Origin: Bacillus subtilis subsp. subtilis str. 168
GTDB taxonomy: Bacteria > Bacillota > Bacilli > Bacillales > Bacillaceae
Length of the DNA: 32,000 nt
Direction: 5' to 3'
NCBI RefSeq assembly: GCF_000009045.1
Contig: NC_000964.3
Coordinates: forward strand, 2,610,001-2,642,000
A model generated the notes under the pieces. That model was not told the DNA's origin. It did no database searches and was given only the letters and a program-made list of their open reading frames with translations. Made by a program: the position numbers and the translations under genes. Of this stretch, positions 1-10,370 are shown in pieces. Position 1 is the first letter of the stretch. Every line of letters starts with the position of its first letter.

Positions 1-40
1 ATCCCTGTTCCTGTGAGATAATGACACACACGGGAAGAGA

Positions 41-1352
<1,312 letters not shown>

Positions 1353-1382
1353 TTACCTATAATGGTACCGCTATCACTTTAT

Positions 1383-1411
1383 ATTTTACATAATCGCGCG
1401 CTTTTTTTCAC
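1383..1411 (-). promoter_or_regulatory. candidate internal promoter for cdd-era
   Basis: GTGAAA (1406-1411), a 17-nt spacer, then TAAAAT (1383-1388), within the 118-nt dgkA-cdd gap. The match is weak. Confidence 0.3.
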
Positions 1412-1455
1412 GCCCATTTCTAAAAATGTAAAATAAATGTAAGAATTTTCAGCCA

Positions 1456-1827
1456 TTACAGCTTTGGCAAAAAAATAAGTAAACCAATGATACACGAAAT
1501 CACGGCAAAAACGCAAACAGCCCCGGCGGCAGCGTCCTTGGCCGCTTTAGCAAGAGGGTGATGTTTGTCAGTTATTAAATCAACCGTATGTTCAATGGCT
1601 GTATTTAAAAGTTCAAGCGAAAACATACCACCTATCAAAAGGAATATAATCATCCACTCAATAATGCTGAGCTCTACAAGGAAGCCGCAAATGAGAACAG
1701 CGCAGGCGGCTGCGGCATGAAATTGGAAATTCCGCTCCGTCCGCGCTGTTTCCCATATGCCCCGGCCTGCATGCACGAAGCTTTTGAAGAATCGATTCAG
1801 CTCATTTCTATGATCTTTTGAGTCCAT
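1456..1827 (-). CDS. dgkA: prokaryotic diacylglycerol-kinase family protein (undecaprenol kinase DgkA)
   Basis: 123 aa small polytopic membrane protein with three hydrophobic segments. Its position between ybeY and cdd matches B. subtilis. Confidence 0.9.
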   Translation of the reverse strand: MDSKDHRNELNRFFKSFVHAGRGIWETARTERNFQFHAAAACAVLICGFLVELSIIEWMIIFLLIGGMFSLELLNTAIEHTVDLITDKHHPLAKAAKDAAAGAVCVFAVISCIIGLLIFLPKL

Positions 1828-2281
1828 AAGCGTCCAGCAATTCCTTTTGCTTAGTAAACATCTCCTCTTCTTCCTCTTTCGTCATATGGTCATATCCTAA
1901 AAGGTGCAGAAATCCGTGTACAGCTAGAAATCCGAGCTCTCTTTTAAAAGAATGATTATACTCCTCTGCCTGCTCTCTTGTGCGATCGGCACTGATGATA
2001 ATATCACCTAAAACCGGAGGCATTTCGGCGCCCACGATTTCGATCTCGCCTTCTCCCTCTTCTTCAAGAGCAAATGAGATGACATCTGTCGGAGCATCCT
2101 TTCCCCGGTATTCTTTGTTAATCTGATGTATGTCATCATTGGAAACAATCGTGACAGAAACTTCAGCCTGATCCTGAACGCCTTCACGCTCAGCGGCAAA
2201 TTGAAGCAGATTTTCTACTTCTTTGAGCATCTCTTCTGAGACGCTTCCCGTTTCATCAACGATATCAATCAGTAAACTCAT
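1808..2281 (-). CDS. ybeY: endoribonuclease YbeY (rRNA maturation)
   Basis: 157 aa. Zinc motif HGFLHLLGYDH (H-x3-H-x5-H). Its stop overlaps the dgkA start by 20 nt. Its ATG (2279-2281) directly abuts the pgpH stop (TAG-ATG). Confidence 0.95.
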   Translation of the reverse strand: MSLLIDIVDETGSVSEEMLKEVENLLQFAAEREGVQDQAEVSVTIVSNDDIHQINKEYRGKDAPTDVISFALEEEGEGEIEIVGAEMPPVLGDIIISADRTREQAEEYNHSFKRELGFLAVHGFLHLLGYDHMTKEEEEEMFTKQKELLDAYGLKRS

Positions 2282-4417
2282 CTATTTCACCTTCTTAGTA
2301 GCCTCCGGATATTCAATCCGGGAGTGGAAAATTCCTTTTAATGTTGCACAGAGCGTTTTTGCGATTGTATCCAGCTCTTTAAATGTCAAATCGCATTCAC
2401 TGAACTGTCCGTCCTGAAGCTTATCGGATATAATACCCCGGACAAGCTTTTCAATTCGTTCAGGATTTGGATTGTGCATGGATCTGACGGCCGCTTCAAC
2501 ACTGTCGGCCACTGATATAATTGCGGCTTCCTTTGACTGCGGCTTCGGTCCCGGATAACGGAACTCTTCCTCTGTAATCTGGTCGCCTTTTTCCTTCGCT
2601 TTATAGTAAAAAAACTTTAAAAGCGAGGTTCCATGATGCTGCTCAGCAATATCGACAAGCTCTTTCGGAAATTTATAGCTTCTCAGCATATTCGCACCGT
2701 CTGTCGTATGCGAGATAATAATATTTTTGCTCAACTGAGGTGACAGCTTGTCATGCGGATTGTCAATATTCATTTGGTTTTCAATAAAATATTGCGGGCG
2801 CTTTGTTTTTCCGAGATCGTGATAATATGCGCCGACTCTTGCAAGCAAACCATTAGCCCCAACCGCTTCACAGGCTGCCTCTGATAAATTGGCAACCATT
2901 ACACTGTGATGATATGTACCTGGTGTTTCCGTCAGTATTTTGCGCAATAGCGGATGGTTAGGATTAGACAGCTCGAGCAGCCTCATGGTGGATAAAATGC
3001 CAAAGCCCGTCTCAAAAAACGGCATCAGACCGATGATCAATACAGATGAAGCAAACCCCGACACAACCCCCATGAGCATTAACGTGCCGATTTCAAGACC
3101 CGACAGCGCAGTGTTCTGGATCAATAATAAGGATAGAACGACAACCATATTAATAAACGCCACGAAAAGTCCGGTCTGCAAAATCTTTGATCTTGCATTG
3201 TGTTTTCCTAAAAATAATACACCTGAAATGCCGCTGATCAAATAATAAATCCCTATGACATAATTGAATGTTCCTGTCACACCCTGATTAAACATCATAC
3301 TTCCGCAAATCGCAAGAATGATACTTCCCAAAATGGCAATGCGTTCATTCATCAGCAGTTTGATTAAGATGGCGCCGGCCGCAATGGGGACCAGATAGCC
3401 GATATTATTATACTCCATCTTCTGAAACAAACTGACAACCTCCATGATCACAAGCAAAAGTGTTGTGATTATGGAGAATAACAGAATGGATTGGTTTTTA
3501 AACTTCAGATTTTGTTTCTGTTTTTCAAAATAATATACAAGTGTTGCAATGAAAAGTCCGATCATAATCAATAGCCCGCTGATCGGTTTAAAGAGATTTG
3601 AGTTATTTAATAACCCGGTCAGCTCAAGTTTCCTGTACACTTCCCGATCAATGAGGTCATTTTCTTCCACGAGCACTTGCCCCTGTTTGATTTGAACCTG
3701 CTGGACATTATCTGAGGCTTCCTGCCGTTTTGCCTCTGTTGCTTTCGGATCGAAGACGTAATTCGGAATAATAGCAAAACGCCCGATTTCTGTCGCGGCT
3801 CCCAAGTATTTAGACGGAATAGAATTGCTCTTTAGCTCTTTTTCTACCTTATCCTTTGCATCAGATAGTTTATCCGAAGGGATTTCACTGCTCATGACCG
3901 TATTTACCGCGGTAATGACCGTATCTCTGACAAAAGAAAAGTCTTCACTGTCTGCTTTCAGCAATGTCTTGATGGAATCCTCCGATATAGAATCATTCAC
4001 ATCTGATGTCAATTTGTCCTTTACAGATTTGACCATTGATTTTTCCGATGGTGATTTACTGCCTTCTTCCGATGATTTTTTCACTTCACTAATACTGTCG
4101 AATATTGATGACACAAGGTCAATCCGATTGTCTGTATATTCTTTTTTTAATGTATATTGATCTTCAACCGCGTCCTCAGCGGCTTGCTTTTTTTCCTCTG
4201 TGGCTTTTTGATCTTCTACGGTTGCCGGAGCGTAAATGGTCTTGTCGCTGACTGAAAACAGGTCTAAATCAAGTGTTTCCGGCTTAACATGTACAAAGAG
4301 CAAAGCAAACATAATGGCAGCCAGCAGAAGATACAGCAGTACATGCATGGAGCGGGCATTTTTAAAACTGCTCCATTTTTTTGAGCTGCTTTTGGTCTTA
4401 GCCTTCTTTTTCAACAC
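2282..4417 (-). CDS. pgpH: 7TM-HD membrane phosphodiesterase (c-di-AMP phosphodiesterase PgpH/YqfF)
   Basis: The ORF-track ORF (723 aa) begins at TTG 4453. I place the start at GTG 4415-4417 because GAGGAGG (plus cctcctc 4423-4429) lies 5 nt upstream. TTG 4412-4414, 8 nt from the RBS, is the alternative. This gives 711 aa, which matches my recollection of YqfF. The protein has an N-terminal TM segment, a large charged extracytoplasmic domain, a 7-TM block and a C-terminal HD domain (HHSVMVANL, YYHDLGK). Confidence 0.9.
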   Translation of the reverse strand: MLKKKAKTKSSSKKWSSFKNARSMHVLLYLLLAAIMFALLFVHVKPETLDLDLFSVSDKTIYAPATVEDQKATEEKKQAAEDAVEDQYTLKKEYTDNRIDLVSSIFDSISEVKKSSEEGSKSPSEKSMVKSVKDKLTSDVNDSISEDSIKTLLKADSEDFSFVRDTVITAVNTVMSSEIPSDKLSDAKDKVEKELKSNSIPSKYLGAATEIGRFAIIPNYVFDPKATEAKRQEASDNVQQVQIKQGQVLVEENDLIDREVYRKLELTGLLNNSNLFKPISGLLIMIGLFIATLVYYFEKQKQNLKFKNQSILLFSIITTLLLVIMEVVSLFQKMEYNNIGYLVPIAAGAILIKLLMNERIAILGSIILAICGSMMFNQGVTGTFNYVIGIYYLISGISGVLFLGKHNARSKILQTGLFVAFINMVVVLSLLLIQNTALSGLEIGTLMLMGVVSGFASSVLIIGLMPFFETGFGILSTMRLLELSNPNHPLLRKILTETPGTYHHSVMVANLSEAACEAVGANGLLARVGAYYHDLGKTKRPQYFIENQMNIDNPHDKLSPQLSKNIIISHTTDGANMLRSYKFPKELVDIAEQHHGTSLLKFFYYKAKEKGDQITEEEFRYPGPKPQSKEAAIISVADSVEAAVRSMHNPNPERIEKLVRGIISDKLQDGQFSECDLTFKELDTIAKTLCATLKGIFHSRIEYPEATKKVK

Positions 4418-4454
4418 AAGAACCTCCTCTTGAAACATCAAGCCCATAAGCAAT

Positions 4455-4490
4455 CATAAAAATGACCCGATAACGCGCGATCGGGTCATT
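4455..4490 (-). terminator. intrinsic terminator after phoH
   Basis: Perfect 11-bp inverted repeat (4461-4471 / 4480-4490) with an 8-nt loop. On the minus-strand RNA it is followed by UUUAUGA. It begins 6 nt after the phoH stop. Confidence 0.8.
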
Positions 4491-4495
4491 CAGCA

Positions 4496-5455
4496 TTAAT
4501 TTTGCTTATCGTATGCTTCAATAATTTTCGCAACAAGCGGATGTCTGACCACGTCTGTCTGGTCTAGCTCAATCATAGAAATGCCGTCTATTCCTTTCAG
4601 CATCTCCTTCGCTACTGCAAGTCCCGATTTGACGCCTTTCGGCAGATCAATTTGGCTAACGTCACCTGTAATGATCATTTTAGAGCCAAAACCCAGTCTC
4701 GTCAAAAACATTTTCATTTGAGCAGGCGTGGTATTCTGTGCTTCATCAAGTATAACATAAGCATCATCGAGCGTCCGTCCCCTCATATATGCGAGCGGAG
4801 CAATTTCAATGATGCCTCTTTCCATCAGACGTTCTGTATGATCTGCCCCAAGCACATCATGGAGAGCGTCATACAGCGGGCGCAAATAAGGATCTACTTT
4901 TTCTTTTAGGTCACCTGGGAGAAAACCAAGGCTTTCACCGGCTTCCACGGCAGGTCTTGTTAAAATGATTTTTTTGATATGTCCGTTTTTTAAAGCATGG
5001 ACTGCTTTTACGACAGCCAGGTACGTTTTCCCGGTTCCCGCCGGACCAATGCCGAATACAAGGTCATTCCGCTTCATAGCGGCCACGTATTCCCGCTGTC
5101 CCATTGTTTTTACACGGATTGATTTGCCTTTTGCGTTTTTTGTAATTTCTTCTTCATACATGCTTTCAAAGTATTCAAGTTCATTCTTCTTTGCCATTTT
5201 GATGGCGTAAATCACATCACGTTCAGAGATCTCTATCCCCTTGCGAATTAAAGCGAGGAGCGATCCCAGCAGCCTGTCTGCAATCTGAAACGATTCATCA
5301 TCGCCTGAAACATAAATCGTCTCGCCGCGCGTAATGATATTTAAATTCAGATCTTTCTCCATCAATTTCAAAAAAGAATCTTGGTTCCCGAAGAGTGAAA
5401 GCGCCTCGTCCGGGTTTTTCAGTTTTTGATTCATCGCAAGTAAATGTTCTGTCAT
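4496..5455 (-). CDS. phoH: PhoH-family ATPase
   Basis: 319 aa. Walker A motif GPAGTGKT and Walker B-like ILDEAQN. The start ATG overlaps the yqfD stop (ATGA, 5452-5455). Confidence 0.95.
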   Translation of the reverse strand: MTEHLLAMNQKLKNPDEALSLFGNQDSFLKLMEKDLNLNIITRGETIYVSGDDESFQIADRLLGSLLALIRKGIEISERDVIYAIKMAKKNELEYFESMYEEEITKNAKGKSIRVKTMGQREYVAAMKRNDLVFGIGPAGTGKTYLAVVKAVHALKNGHIKKIILTRPAVEAGESLGFLPGDLKEKVDPYLRPLYDALHDVLGADHTERLMERGIIEIAPLAYMRGRTLDDAYVILDEAQNTTPAQMKMFLTRLGFGSKMIITGDVSQIDLPKGVKSGLAVAKEMLKGIDGISMIELDQTDVVRHPLVAKIIEAYDKQN

Positions 5456-6648
5456 TCTTCAGTCTCCCTGACAATAGGTGTGGTTTGAACGATATCTTCT
5501 ATAACTTGGTAGAGAATAATCAACTTTACTTTACCATTCTCAACAGTCTGGTGCAAAACTTTTTCACTTTTCACCTCGCCGTTTTCGCCTATTTTATCCT
5601 CTACATCCTGTTTACCCAATTTAATGCCTTCTTGAACTGCTTCTTCTTTTGTATATTTTCGCAAAGCCTCTTCACTTTCTCTCGTTTGCTCTTTGACATA
5701 GGATACAGGGAGCTTAAATCCGAGAAAATGAAGCGAATGCTTTTCTTGTTCTGTTTTTGGATGCTTCAATTCCTCTTTTTTAAACGTCATCCCCCAGATC
5801 GGGATTGCCAAAGAACCAAAAGAAAGCTTGTGCTTTGTCCTTACTTTGCCCGTATAGACGTTAAATAATGTTTCAAGCGGGACTGTCACTTCTGATCTAT
5901 ACCAGGTTTCTCCATAAATTTCTGCTTTTGAGGCGACTTCCTGCTGATGGTCTTCGCTGCCGATCAGTCCCGAAACAAGCAGCTGTCCCTTTTCAACATG
6001 ATCGTGTATGGCGGCCATGGGCTGTCCTTTTTGCACAAACATTCTCGTAATGGTTGCTTTCTTTTTGGCGACAATATTGCGCGGGCTAACATATTTTTCT
6101 TTTTCGGGCTCATTTTTCTCCACAACTTTCATATGAATGGTCGTCCCCTTCAGATCAACTCCGACCCAAGTGATATTGTCTATTCCATTGGTTAATGATT
6201 TCTGTATTTTTTCGGGCGACATCATTAAAAACTGCAGACGGCCCTTTTTGACGCCGATTTCATTAAGATGCTGCCTCATTTGATGTTCTGTTTCAGGCTT
6301 AGCGCCTGTCACATCAATTTTCCACACCATATTGGACAGCAAAAACAAAAGAATGAAAAAAATCGCAAAACCGATCGTAAACCCTATATTCAGCTTTGAT
6401 TTCAGCAACAGGAAGGGAAATCCCTTCCGATTGATAAATCGGGCTTTACATTTAAATTTACTTCTTACCCGCCGAAAGGCATGTACATCCTGAAGCTGTA
6501 TATATAACGATACGGCTTCTTTCTTTTTTTTGACATGAAAGACCGGAATCCCCTGTCTTGTGCATTCATTAAGGAGCCGCTCAATCCCTCTTCCCGTCAA
6601 TTCAAGCTGGACCTTACCCGAAAAAAAAGACAGCCATTTATTTTTCAC
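5452..6648 (-). CDS. yqfD: sporulation protein YqfD (stage IV sporulation family)
   Basis: 398 aa with one central TM segment (FTIGFAIFFILLFLLSNMVW). GTG start 6646-6648 is preceded by GAGGGGG. It lies immediately downstream of yqfC. Confidence 0.9.
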   Translation of the reverse strand: MKNKWLSFFSGKVQLELTGRGIERLLNECTRQGIPVFHVKKKKEAVSLYIQLQDVHAFRRVRSKFKCKARFINRKGFPFLLLKSKLNIGFTIGFAIFFILLFLLSNMVWKIDVTGAKPETEHQMRQHLNEIGVKKGRLQFLMMSPEKIQKSLTNGIDNITWVGVDLKGTTIHMKVVEKNEPEKEKYVSPRNIVAKKKATITRMFVQKGQPMAAIHDHVEKGQLLVSGLIGSEDHQQEVASKAEIYGETWYRSEVTVPLETLFNVYTGKVRTKHKLSFGSLAIPIWGMTFKKEELKHPKTEQEKHSLHFLGFKLPVSYVKEQTRESEEALRKYTKEEAVQEGIKLGKQDVEDKIGENGEVKSEKVLHQTVENGKVKLIILYQVIEDIVQTTPIVRETEE

Positions 6649-6666
6649 AACATTTCCCCCTCGGCT

Positions 6667-6948
6667 TTATGACTCAACATATCGAACGACATCAATCGTA
6701 CCCTCCAAAAGTATCTCTTCCGGAAGAATCGCCTTGATGACAAAATTTTTACCAGATATGATGCACTGGCCCTGCTTCAGCATCAGCCGCACTTCATTCT
6801 CACTGAAAAGCAAAAGGCCTCTGTGGTTTTCTATGTAGATATGAAGTCTGCCAACCATTGTAATCCTCGGCAGATCCATCATAACGTCCGGGGGAATTTC
6901 CAATGCTCTTGTCAGCCAAGCTTTCATACGATTCTTTCTTTGCCCCAT
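6667..6948 (-). CDS. yqfC: sporulation protein YqfC (YabP-like)
   Basis: The ORF-track ORF is 100 aa. I trimmed it to the internal ATG 6946-6948 (93 aa) because AAAGGGGG lies 9 nt upstream of that ATG, and the upstream ATG has no RBS and sits inside the yqfB terminator. Confidence 0.85.
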   Translation of the reverse strand: MGQRKNRMKAWLTRALEIPPDVMMDLPRITMVGRLHIYIENHRGLLLFSENEVRLMLKQGQCIISGKNFVIKAILPEEILLEGTIDVVRYVES

Positions 6949-6997
6949 ACAAAAAGAACCCCCTTTCATCTCATATGTATGATTTGAAAGGAGGTTC
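6949..6997 (-). terminator. intrinsic terminator after yqfB
   Basis: 12-bp stem (6956-6967 / 6986-6997) with an 18-nt loop. The single non-Watson-Crick pair is G.U only in the minus-strand RNA. The stem is followed by UUUUUG (6950-6955). Confidence 0.7.
6974..6981 (-). promoter_or_regulatory. candidate SigE -10 element for yqfC-yqfD
   Basis: CATACATA on the minus strand resembles the SigE -10 CATACAnT. I found no convincing -35 (ATATT-like) at the expected distance. Confidence 0.3.
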
Positions 6998-7004
6998 TAA
7001 CACT

Positions 7005-7424
7005 TTAATTTTTACGGGCCGGGCGCATCGTACGGTGAGGTTTTTTCGCCCGTGGAGGTCCGAACACCTCTCCTAGAACGATCCCCTGTACGACGGTGTC
7101 TTTATTCACCTGAAGCATTTTTTGTTTTGTGTATACTGTTTTTTGTTTGGCAGCAGCAAGATCTCGTTCCAGCCCTTTCAGGTTTCTTGCTGTTTCCCTG
7201 CGTCTTTCTTCCGCTTCCCGTCTTGCCTGTTCCATACGGTTAGGGATAGGTGCAGGGGCATCTTCTTTTGACTGCTTCTTTTGAGGAGAAGCAGATTGCA
7301 CGTGTTGAGGTTTTTTTCTTTTTTGGCTGTTTTGCTTTTCTTCTTTGCTCTTTTTGCCGAAAATCGCAGAAATGATTCCGATGATCGCTGCAATAATAAG
7401 CGGATTGGTCAGTAAATCTTCCAT
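7005..7424 (-). CDS. yqfB: small membrane-anchored, highly charged protein of unknown function
   Basis: 139 aa. N-terminal TM helix (LIIAAIIGIISAIF) followed by a K/R/E/Q-rich tail. ATG 7422-7424 has an AAGGGAGAA RBS. It is the last gene of the yqeZ-floA-yqfB cluster. Confidence 0.88.
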   Translation of the reverse strand: MEDLLTNPLIIAAIIGIISAIFGKKSKEEKQNSQKRKKPQHVQSASPQKKQSKEDAPAPIPNRMEQARREAEERRRETARNLKGLERDLAAAKQKTVYTKQKMLQVNKDTVVQGIVLGEVFGPPRAKKPHRTMRPARKN

Positions 7425-7448
7425 CAGCGTTCTCCCTTCTTAGAGAGA

Positions 7449-8444
7449 TTATGATTTGCGGTCTTCATCCGAAGGGTCTTTCGTCAGCTTGCCGAATGAA
7501 TCACGCATTTCTGTGTCAGCATCGATGTTCTTGATATTCATGTAATCCATGACGCCAATATTCCCTTCACGCAAAGCTTCTGCCATCGCAAGCGGCACTT
7601 CCGCCTCGGCTTCTACTACTTTCGCGCGCATTTCTTCTACGCGGGCACGCATTTCCTGTTCTTGAGCGACAGCCATCGCACGTCGTTCTTCCGCTTTTGC
7701 CTGCGCGATGTTTTTATCAGCCTCGGCCTGATCGGTTTGTAAAATTGCCCCGATGTTTTTGCCGATATCTACATCTGCAATATCAATTGAGAGAATTTCA
7801 AACGCAGTTCCTGAGTCCAATCCTTTTCCAAGGACTGTCTGAGAAATCATGTCAGGGTTTTCAAGCACTTTTTTATGATTATCAGATGAACCGATTGTAG
7901 AAACGATTCCCTCACCTACACGAGCTACAATGGTTTCTTCCCCTGCTCCCCCGACGAGGCGCTCGATATTCGCTCTTACTGTGATTCTCGCTTTCGCTTT
8001 CACTTCAATCCCGTCCATTGCGACGCCGGCAATGAACGGTGTTTCAATCACCTTAGGATTAACGCTCATTTGAACAGCTTCCAACACGTCCCGGCCTGCA
8101 AGATCAATGGCAGCACAGCGCTCGAATGTGAGTTCAATGTTAGCTCGCTGAGCGGCGATAAGCGCGTTGACGACTCTGTCAACATTACCTCCAGCCAGAT
8201 AGTGGCTTTCAAGCTGGTTTGTTCCAACATTAAGTCCCGCTTTATGCGCTTTAATCAGCGGGTTAACAACCCGATTCGGAATGACGCGGCGAAGCCTCAT
8301 CCCAACTAGAGTGAAAATGCTGATTTTCACTCCGGCTGCCAAAGCTGAAATCCAAAGCATTACAGGCACAAATGTAAAAAATACTGCCAAAACAATGATC
8401 GCTACTGCGACAATTGCCAGAATCATAAGTGTTGACGGATCCAT
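7449..8444 (-). CDS. floA: flotillin-like protein FloA (SPFH domain)
   Basis: 331 aa. N-terminal hydrophobic hairpin, SPFH-like core and an Ala/Glu-rich coiled-coil tail ([36 protein letters not shown]). RBS is GAGGAGAA. Confidence 0.95.
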   Translation of the reverse strand: MDPSTLMILAIVAVAIIVLAVFFTFVPVMLWISALAAGVKISIFTLVGMRLRRVIPNRVVNPLIKAHKAGLNVGTNQLESHYLAGGNVDRVVNALIAAQRANIELTFERCAAIDLAGRDVLEAVQMSVNPKVIETPFIAGVAMDGIEVKAKARITVRANIERLVGGAGEETIVARVGEGIVSTIGSSDNHKKVLENPDMISQTVLGKGLDSGTAFEILSIDIADVDIGKNIGAILQTDQAEADKNIAQAKAEERRAMAVAQEQEMRARVEEMRAKVVEAEAEVPLAMAEALREGNIGVMDYMNIKNIDADTEMRDSFGKLTKDPSDEDRKS

Positions 8445-8465
8445 ATAACTTCTCCTCGTTTCTAT

Positions 8466-9779
8466 TTAAATTTCTCTCACGACAATGCGTGAGCCTTCTA
8501 CTTTTATCACTTTTACTTTTTTATCTTTTTCTGTAAACGATCCCTCCGATACAACGTCAAGGCGTTCATCATCAATAATCACGGTACCGGAAGGACGCAG
8601 CGGTGTAAAGGTTATACCCACTTTTCCCATTAAGTCCGTGCGCGTTTGATTTGAAACGTAGCCGCTCTCCGTGTTTGTAGAATCATTTAATATCAATTTC
8701 TTAAAGAATTTCATACGCTTTCCCAACACCCTTGTCAGTAAAATAAAAGCTGTAATCGAAACAGCTGAGGCGATCAAGAGAGAAACCGCCATGACAGTGA
8801 AGCTCCCCGCGGCTAAAAACAGGCTCGCAATAATCGCTCCCAAGCCCAGTAATCCAATGATTCCTCCGGGAAGAAAAATCTCAAGCAGAATGAGAATCAC
8901 CCCTGCTATAAAGAGGAGAACCGTCTCATACCCGGCAAGGCCGGCTGCAAGATGCCCGTAAAAGAACAGCAATAACGCAATGAGTCCAGCCGTTCCAGGG
9001 AGGCCGACACCCGGGGAAAAAAGCTCTACCGTCAGACCTAAAAAAGCGATTGTCAGCAGAATAGGGACAATGACCGGATTCGTCAGCCATCTTGCCGTCT
9101 TTTCCGCAAAGCTCTCCTTTGCATAGCTGATCTGCGCCTTTTCGAACCCAAGCTTCTTTACGAGCGTGGACAAATTGTCAGCAGTGCCTTCTGAATAGCC
9201 TACCTCAATCGCCTTGTCTGCGTTAAGTGTCAGCAGATCTCCCTTAGGCGCGCCAACTTCCTTGGCATCTATATCTGGGTCAGCCATTGCGAGCGCATAT
9301 TTTGGATCGCGGTTATTTTTCACTGCGGCATCTTCCATCTCTGCCAGCCAAAGTGATTGAGCTTTTTGGTCAGCGGCATTGCCTTGGCCATCAACAATCG
9401 CGGCGGCTCCCATTTTTCCGCCAGGCGCCATATAAATGTGATCTGCTTGAAGTGCAATATATGCACCAGCAGACAACGCGCGTTTGTTGACATATGCAGT
9501 TACGGGGATCTCGCTTTCGGTTATCAAATCGGCCATATCAATAGCAGATTTGACCAATCCCCCCGGGGTATTGATATCAAGAATAATATGGTCTGCATGT
9601 GCATCCTTTGCGTCTTGTAACGAACGGGACAAAAACGAGGCGAGACCCTGTTCGACATTTTTTTCAACCGGGATCACATAAACAGTTTGTTTTTCTGCTT
9701 TTGCGTTCAGCTGTACGCCTAATAAAGAAAGTAAAAATATACCCAAAAGAGCAGCACGGAATCCTTTGATTTGAAGCAA
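8466..9779 (-). CDS. yqeZ: membrane-bound ClpP-class serine protease / NfeD-family protein
   Basis: 437 aa. Signal peptide, ClpP/SppA-like domain (INTPGG, SAGAYIAL), a multi-TM block and a C-terminal NfeD OB-fold-like segment. TTG start 9777-9779 lies downstream of AAGGAGGG. Confidence 0.92.
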   Translation of the reverse strand: MLQIKGFRAALLGIFLLSLLGVQLNAKAEKQTVYVIPVEKNVEQGLASFLSRSLQDAKDAHADHIILDINTPGGLVKSAIDMADLITESEIPVTAYVNKRALSAGAYIALQADHIYMAPGGKMGAAAIVDGQGNAADQKAQSLWLAEMEDAAVKNNRDPKYALAMADPDIDAKEVGAPKGDLLTLNADKAIEVGYSEGTADNLSTLVKKLGFEKAQISYAKESFAEKTARWLTNPVIVPILLTIAFLGLTVELFSPGVGLPGTAGLIALLLFFYGHLAAGLAGYETVLLFIAGVILILLEIFLPGGIIGLLGLGAIIASLFLAAGSFTVMAVSLLIASAVSITAFILLTRVLGKRMKFFKKLILNDSTNTESGYVSNQTRTDLMGKVGITFTPLRPSGTVIIDDERLDVVSEGSFTEKDKKVKVIKVEGSRIVVREI

Positions 9780-9825
9780 GGGCGGTGTATCCCTCCTTCC
9801 TTTTATAATAAGTGCCTTCTCTTCA

Positions 9826-9852
9826 TACGTAACAAATGTATCAAAGGTTTCA
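9826..9852 (-). promoter_or_regulatory. SigW (ECF)-type promoter of yqeZ-floA-yqfB
   Basis: On the minus strand, TGAAAC (9847-9852) is followed by 17 nt and then CGTA (9826-9829). This matches the SigW consensus TGAAAC-N16/17-CGTA. As I recall, the operon is a known SigW regulon member. Confidence 0.75.
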
Positions 9853-9865
9853 TTTTTTTATGTAT

Positions 9866-9896
9866 AAAAAAAGACATCTCTCTTAGAAAGATGTCC
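9866..9896 (-). terminator. intrinsic terminator after yqeY
   Basis: GACAUCU / AGAUGUC stem (9873-9879 / 9889-9895) followed by a run of 7 U (plus-strand A-run 9866-9872). Confidence 0.8.
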
Positions 9897-9909
9897 TTTT
9901 CTTTGCCAT

Positions 9910-10356
9910 TTAAGACAGTTGACTGCTCACAAGCTTATTAATTAAACTTCCGTCAGCTTTACCTTTTACTTTAGGCATAATTGCCCCCATCACTTTGCCC
10001 ATGTCCGCTTTTGAGCTCGCACCGACCTCCGCGATGGTTTCATTTACGATTGTACGCAGCTCTTCTTCTGACAGCTGCTCAGGTAAATAAACTTCTAAAA
10101 TGTCCAGCTCTTTTTGAACTTTATCTACTAAATCTAAACGATTAGCGTTTGAAAATTCCTGGAGGGAGTCTTTACGTTGCTTAAGTTCACGAGAAAGGAC
10201 AGTGAGTTCCTCATCCTCGGTCAAACTGTCTTTCTTAAGCTTAATTGCTTCATTTTGAAGTGAAGCCTTAACCATTCGAACGACAGTCAGTTTGTCTTTC
10301 TCACGGTTTTTCATATACAGCTTCATATCCTGGTTGAGACGCTCAAGAAGACTCAT
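9910..10356 (-). CDS. yqeY: GatB/YqeY-domain protein
   Basis: 148 aa. It lies 14 nt downstream of rpsU, which is the conserved rpsU-yqeY pairing. Confidence 0.92.
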
Positions 10357-10370
10357 AAATCCACCCTCTT

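Noticed and set aside
1-40. Imperfect hairpin (TTCCTGTG ... CACACGGGAA) just downstream of the era stop, as a possible terminator.
   Set aside because: The stem is bulged and short, the window cuts off the region where a U-tract would lie, and in B. subtilis further genes follow era on the same strand. The evidence is insufficient.
7178-7393. 71-aa same-strand, out-of-frame ORF inside yqfB with a lysine-rich product.
   Set aside because: It has no RBS and lies inside a purine-rich, low-complexity coding stretch where alternative frames stay open by chance. The yqfB frame has a proper RBS and a TM helix.
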